This document shows, piece by piece, positions 62,205 through 64,000 of a stretch of DNA of 64,000 nt. Position 1 is the first letter of the stretch, and each line of letters opens with the position of its first letter. The stretch lies in assembly GCF_009914755.1 (NCBI RefSeq), contig NC_060926.1, one strand, 5' to 3'. Under the pieces are notes generated by a model, which saw only the letters and a program-made list of their open reading frames with translations, was not told the DNA's origin and searched no databases. The position numbers and the translations under genes are program-made. The DNA comes from the human T2T-CHM13v2.0 reference genome, Homo sapiens.

Positions 62205-62986
62205 TGAGAGACAGGACTAGCTGGATTTCCTAGGCCGACTAAGAATCCCTAAGCCTAGCTGGGAAGGTGACCGCTTCCACCTTTAAACATGGGGCTTGCA
62301 ACTTAGCTCACACCCGACCAATCAGATAGTAAAGAGAGCTCACTAAAATGCTAATTAGGCAAAAACAGGAGGTAAAGAAATAGCCAATCATCTATTGCCT
62401 GAGAGCACAGCAGGAGGGACAATGATCAGCATATAAACCCAGGCATCTGAGCCAGCAACAGCTACGCTCTTTGGGTCCCCTCCCTTTGTATGGGAGCTCT
62501 GTCTTCACTCTATTAAATCTTGCAGCTGCACTCTCTTTTGGTCTACATTTGTCATGGTTCGAGCTGAGCTTTCTCTCGCCGTCCACCACTGCTGTTTGCC
62601 GCTGTCGCAGACCTGCTGCTGACTTCCATCTGTCCAGATCCAGCAAGGTGTCTGCTGTGCTCCTGATCCAGCGAGGCGCCCATTACAGCTCCCAGTCGGG
62701 CTAAAGGCTTGCCACTGTTCCCACACGGCTAAGTGTCCGGGTTCGTCCTAATCAAGCTGAACACTAGTCACTGGGTTCCACGGTTCTCTTCCATGACCCA
62801 CGGCTTCTAATAGAGCTATAACACTCACTGCATGGCCCAAGATTCCATTCCTTGGAATCCGTGAGGCCAAGAACCCCAGGTCAGAGAACACGAGGCTTGC
62901 CACCATCTTGGAAGCAGCCCGCCGCCATTTTGGAAGTGGCCCACCACCATCTTGGGAGCTCTGGGAGCAAGGACCACCTGGTAACA
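62205..62986 (+). mobile_element. HERV-W (LTR17) solo LTR, 782 bp
   Basis: Starts TGAGAGACAGGACTAGCTGGATTTCCTAGG and ends GGTAACA. 4-bp TSD ATAG at 62201-62204 and 62987-62990. CCAAT boxes, TATAAA at 62432, ATTAAA at 62512. Confidence 0.93.
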
Positions 62987-63159
62987 ATAGGCCAAATACT
63001 GTGCTGATAAGGTATGAAAGCCAATCCTCTCATTTCTACCTTAGACATTATATGCTGTCTATTCATGAGTGGAGGTTGGAGAAGTATAAAGGCAAAAAAA
63101 AAAAAAAAAGGAGCAGAAATATATCTAGAGTGCTTAGAGGTGACTTCATCAAACAGTAC

Positions 63160-63320
63160 TCTCAACTTTCAACATGCACATTAACTGGGGATTCAACTTT
63201 TAATGTGCACATGATTCTGATTCAATACATCTGATGAGATGCCTGGGATTCTATGTTTTCAAAAAGCTCCCAGGGGATGTGACTGTTTCTGCCCCAAGAA
63301 CACACTTTTAGCAGCCAGGG
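63160..63320. mobile_element. MER5-like DNA transposon remnant
   Basis: gattctgattcaata...ctgggattctatgttttcaaaaagctcccaggggatg...gaacacacttt. Confidence 0.55.
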
Positions 63321-64000
63321 TTTAAATGATATTTTAGCACTAACACGGAGGAAAATAAAGTAACCCCCCCACCCCCAAGCAGCTAGGGCAGAAACTGATC
63401 AAGAGAGACACAGGATGCTATGCAAAGCCCAGATCTGACCTCCAGGTTTGGACACAAGTCATCTAATAAAGGATGTGGATGGCAGTGACCAATTAATGTG
63501 TACTGGACCTGGTTACTTGAAGGATCCCACCATGGTGGACTTCATGTTTCTTAGGTGCCTTTAATTTTTTGGATCCCCAAACACAGTAATTCCAGGACAG
63601 CTTGAAGCATATACATTTGTAAACATAGATATAAAGCAAAATTTCCATGGATCAGCAGGCTCTTTAGCTGTGATTTTGCTTTGGAATATAAAGACTTTTC
63701 CTAGTGTTTAATGCAATAAAGAAATATTTATAGTAAGAAAATTGAATCTACTTAATTTTTGAAAGTTTAATTTTATAAGGTATACATTATAATGAGTATT
63801 TTTGTGTGTGACAGAGCCTAGAAGCATTGTATTTGGATCAGCACTTAAATTTTAAAATAAAATACAAACTCTACACTAATATAGATTTTGCCTTCTGTAA
63901 AGTATGTTCAAAGTAAAAGTTGAAAAAAAAATGTAGAGAAAGAGAAATAAGAACTAGAGAGTATATAATATAAAGTGAAGCAGACAAGGCAAACTAAAAG

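Overview
AT-rich, repeat-dense primate genomic DNA, almost certainly human. It holds the 5' half of FANCL on the minus strand: coding exons 1-5 at 28047-28142, 18883-18941, 16643-16703, 13557-13613 and 8771-8871, all with GT-AG boundaries, plus its CpG-island promoter. About 10 kb upstream, on the plus strand, lies an intronless EIF3F retrocopy with an uninterrupted 361-codon ORF, AATAAA, poly(A) and a 15-bp TSD (probably EIF3FP3). The rest is mobile DNA: a 5'-truncated L1PA2/3-type LINE-1 with a 19-bp TSD, a HERV-W (LTR17) solo LTR, a sense-oriented ERV1 solo LTR in FANCL intron 3, degenerate ERVL gag/pro/pol, MaLR LTRs, MER elements, old L1M/L2/MIR and about a dozen Alus. I see no convincing new multi-gene system. 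The best leads are the intact eIF3f retro-ORF facing away from the FANCL promoter, the LTR just upstream of a Met-rich skippable FANCL exon 4, a TSD-flanked L1 whose 5' and 3' ends are joined (possibly spliced), an unassigned 3'UTR-like insertion, a possible Alu 3' transduction, a 34-bp perfect palindrome, a collapsed MADE1 and a 154-bp local duplication. Repeat subfamily names were assigned by eye from remembered consensus sequences, and boundaries of old repeats are approximate.
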